A DNA stretch of 64,000 nt, from the NCBI RefSeq assembly GCF_001194135.2, contig NC_069003.1, positions 11,867,529-11,931,528 of the forward strand. Reading direction: 5' to 3'. Under the pieces are notes generated by a model that was not told the DNA's origin, did not search any database, and was given only the letters and a program-made list of their open reading frames with translations. This DNA is from Octopus bimaculoides. Taxonomy: Eukaryota. The position numbers were made by a program, and so were the translations under genes. Positions within the stretch are counted from its first letter, which is position 1, and each line of letters starts with the position of its first letter. This document shows, piece after piece, positions 61,010 to 64,000 of this stretch.

Positions 61010-63030
61010 TTACTATAGGCAGAAGGCCGGAAACTTTGTGGGAGGAAACTAGTTGATTACATTGACCCCAGTGTTTCACTGGTATTTAATTTATTGACCC
61101 TGAAAGGATGAAAGGCAAAGTCAACCTCGGCAGAATTTGAACTCAGGCATAGCAGCAGATGAAATACAGATAAGCATTTTGTTTGGCGCTCTGATGCAAT
61201 ACCAAGCACTGGCTCTCATGGCTTCTGATCTTAACTTGTTGGAAATGTTATCATGTACATGTTTTGTCTTGGTAAAAAAGATGGGCTACAGCAAATATTC
61301 TGTTCAGTATCACAAATTTGCTTGTCAGCTGTTTGACCGTAACCAGTTGAACATGTCCCTTGGTGGCTGATGGTATGCGAATCTCTGATCACGAGCAGAA
61401 GTAATGGGGGAGCATTATAGCTGTATGTTGAGAGGAATTCTTCGGGGTTTGAATAATTGACTTCTGGAAACATGGGTGTTTCATTCGACATCCTTAAGCA
61501 ACTCTTGTTCAGGGACCTTTTGAATGGTTTGGGCCACTCGACCTGAAGAAAATTCTAAGTCCCACCTGCAAGGTCATGCATTATTTATCTTGATATGAAA
61601 TCACGAAATCACCATGTCATGCACATATGGTTGTGATGTATATGCCTGGTGTACCCTTATCAGGCCCTTATCATGATGGGTATATTGGGCTTCGTATATT
61701 TGATCCCAGTGTCACATTGATGGCATGCGCTGCTCTCTCTCACTCAATAATAATAATCCTTTCTACTATAGGCACAAGGCTAGAAATTTTTTGTAGGGGT
61801 GGGGCTTAGTTGATTACTTGACCTCAATGCACAACTGCTACTTATTTTATTGACCCTGAAAGGTAAAGTTGACCTCTGCAGCATTTGAACTCAGATCATA
61901 AACAGCTAAAAGGAGAATGTCACTAAGCAATTTTTTGACATGCTAATGGTCCTGCAAGCTTGCCACCTTGATAATAATAACAATAACAATAATTTCAAAT
62001 TTTGGCACAAAGTCAGCAAGTTAGGGAGAGCGAGTTAGTTGATTACATGAATCCCCGGTATTCAGCTGATACTTATTTTATCAACCCTGAAAGGAAGAAT
62101 GGCAAAGCTGACCTCGGCAGAATTTGAACTCAGAACATAAAGACAGACAAAACGCCACTAAGCATATTGTCTGGCATGCTAACGATTCTGCTAGCTTGCT
62201 GCCTTCTAAATAGTAATAACAATTCTTTCTAATTTTGGCACAAGGCCAGCAATTAAGGGGAGGGTTTTAGTCAATTACAAGTTATCCCAGTTCTCAACTG
62301 GTACTTATTTTATCAACCCTGAAAGGACGAAAGACAAAGTTTGCCTCAGCAGAATTTCAACTCAAACTATAAAGAGCCAGAAGAAATGCCATTAAATATT
62401 TTGTCTGATATCCTAACGCTTCTCCAAGCTTGTCACCTTAACAACAATAACAGCAGTAGCAACAACAACAATAATAATCCTACAAGGCCAGCAACTTTAA
62501 GCAGAAAGGGTCAGTTGGTTACCTCATCCCCAATACTTGATTGGGATTTAATTTATTGACCCCAAAGAGATGAAAAGAAAAGTTGACCTTGGTTAGATTT
62601 AACCCTTTAGTGTTCAGATTACCCTGTTAAAAGTAATACCTTTTCACTCAAATTGTTTTGAATTATTCCTGCATTATCTTATAGCTTCGAGGTTTCAATG
62701 ATGTGATTGTTTATTTTTAGAATGTCAATGTAGGTTAGGTGTGAGAGGCTAGATATCGCCAGTTTGAATATAAAACATGTAGAATACCTGGGCCAGATAT
62801 GGCTGGTTTAAACATTAAAGGGTTAAACTCAGAATGTAAAAAGCCAGACAGAAGAAATGCTGGTAAGCATTTTGTCTGGCACAGCAAAGATTCTGCTAGC
62901 TTGTTGCCATTTTAATAATCCTTTCAAATTTTGGTGCAAAGCTGGCAGTTTTAGTGGGAGTCTGGTTAATTGATTACATCGACCCCAGCGCTTTATTGAC
63001 CACAAAGGGATGAAAAGTAAATTTGACTTC
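61010..63030 (-). mobile_element. Head-to-tail cluster of about 6 diverged SINE family C copies separated by (AAT)n
   Basis: Repeated ggcacaaggccagc...gattac...ccccag...actta.tttat.gaccctgaaagga.gaaaggcaaag..gacctcggcagaatttgaactcag at about 61010, 61770, 62000, 62230, 62480 and 62920. Confidence 0.85.
62603..62822 (+). mobile_element. piggyBac-like MITE nested in a SINE C copy
   Basis: TTAA|ccctttagtgtt ... aacattaaaggg|TTAA; the SINE sequence resumes (actcagaatgtaaa) after the TTAA. Confidence 0.85.
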
Positions 63031-63748
63031 AGAAACAATGAAGATACATACATGAAAGAATGAATGAACTCATACAAACTTGAGAAAATGGATGTAAAAA
63101 TTATGATTAAAAATAATAATTAGTAACTGATGCATAAATTAAGAATGACTTAAAAAAAAAAACTCACATTTATTTGGTTGATTCTCATAGGAGAAATCTG
63201 TATATTATCAATAATTGCGTTGACAATCCCTCGTTTAAAACTTTTCAGGTGCCTTTCAATTAATTGGGTGTGTTTGACTTGAAGAAAAATACATTAAAAC
63301 ATGGAGATTATGCACAATTTTCATGAAGGTTTTTAGAAGGTGAAAGCAGGTTTGTCTTGACTATTAGACTTGGGTTTCTGTACATATTTGGATTTAGAGA
63401 AGAAATATGAACTGCTCTGCTTGCTTGATACCACTGATCTTAGTAGGAACTCTTTAACTGAATTAATGTTAACCCAACTCTGGTTTTATTTTATATATAT
63501 ATATATATACATCAGTCAGTAAATGGTGGAGTTGTGTTAACCGCACGTGGAGAAATAATAGGAAAATAAAAAATAATAATAATAATAATAAGGCAGAATG
63601 CTAAACTGAAACCATATTTTAATATAGATGTGCATAAGGAGGATTAAAAAGGATTTCTAACCATCTTTCATTGCATGGCAAATTTTCAAGAAGAGGGGAA
63701 ATGAAAATAATGTTTTTTACAAAAATATTTTAAAAAATAAATATACCA

Positions 63749-64000
63749 CTATATGAGATCTCACGCCAGAAATTTGGACACCTTTTCCACATCTACTTAA
63801 TGGAAAACTGGAAAAGATACTTAGATGATTGTTTCATCATATGGAAGGAATCCTATGAAAAACTTTTAGAATTTAAAACCATACTTAACAACATACATCC
63901 CAGCATTCAATTCACTATGGAATTCAGCAAACATCATCTCCCTTTTCTTGATCTCTTAATTATAAAAACACCTAATAAACAAATTACAACCGACATCTAC
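63749..64000 (+). mobile_element. Penelope-like element reverse transcriptase fragment (runs off the right edge)
   Basis: Open frame ...ENWKRYLDDCFIIWKESYEKLLEFKTILNNIHPSIQFTMEFSKHHLPFLDLLIIK...ITTDIY contains the YxDD, HPSIQFT, LPFLD and TDIY motifs typical of PLE RTs. Confidence 0.85.

Noticed and set aside
61010-63030. Regularly spaced repeats resembling a CRISPR-like array
   Set aside because: Units are about 200 bp diverged SINEs in eukaryotic DNA, with no short identical repeats or spacers and no cas genes.
63280-63440. Minus-strand frame DQWYQASRAVHISSLNPNMYRNPSLIVKTNLL as an upstream exon of the unidentified gene
   Set aside because: Weak acceptor and no good phase-0 donor to join the 57574 exon.

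Overview
Eukaryotic, AT-rich, repeat-dense genomic DNA with 12 assembly gaps. The SINE, LINE and microsatellite style looks like an octopus (coleoid cephalopod); this is inferred from repeat families, not from a marker gene. No prokaryotic features or CRISPR are present. Genes supported by the sequence: (1) the first coding exon of wntless (wls) on the minus strand at 1913-2018, with the rest of the gene off the left edge; (2) a two-exon SYCE2-like synaptonemal-complex central element gene on the plus strand (40022-40192 + 48432-48641, 126 aa); (3) phase-compatible minus-strand exons of an unidentified gene (57398-57574, possibly 54262-54306, and 50561-50648) converging on SYCE2. Weak, unresolved exon-like segments occur at about 20-28 kb. 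Most of the rest is three tRNA-type SINE families, 5'-truncated RTE-type LINEs, mariner, hAT, piggyBac, Mutator-like and Merlin-like MITEs, and a Penelope-like RT fragment at the right edge. The most notable observation is a pair of minimal type I hammerhead ribozyme motifs (53116-53161, 55082-55127) of the Penelope terminal-repeat kind. Both carry CCGAUGA instead of the canonical CUGAUGA core, and a more decayed third motif at 38286-38344 has the same core. Repeat boundaries were read by eye and are approximate unless TIRs or TSDs are quoted. Repeat family letters A, B and C are my own labels.
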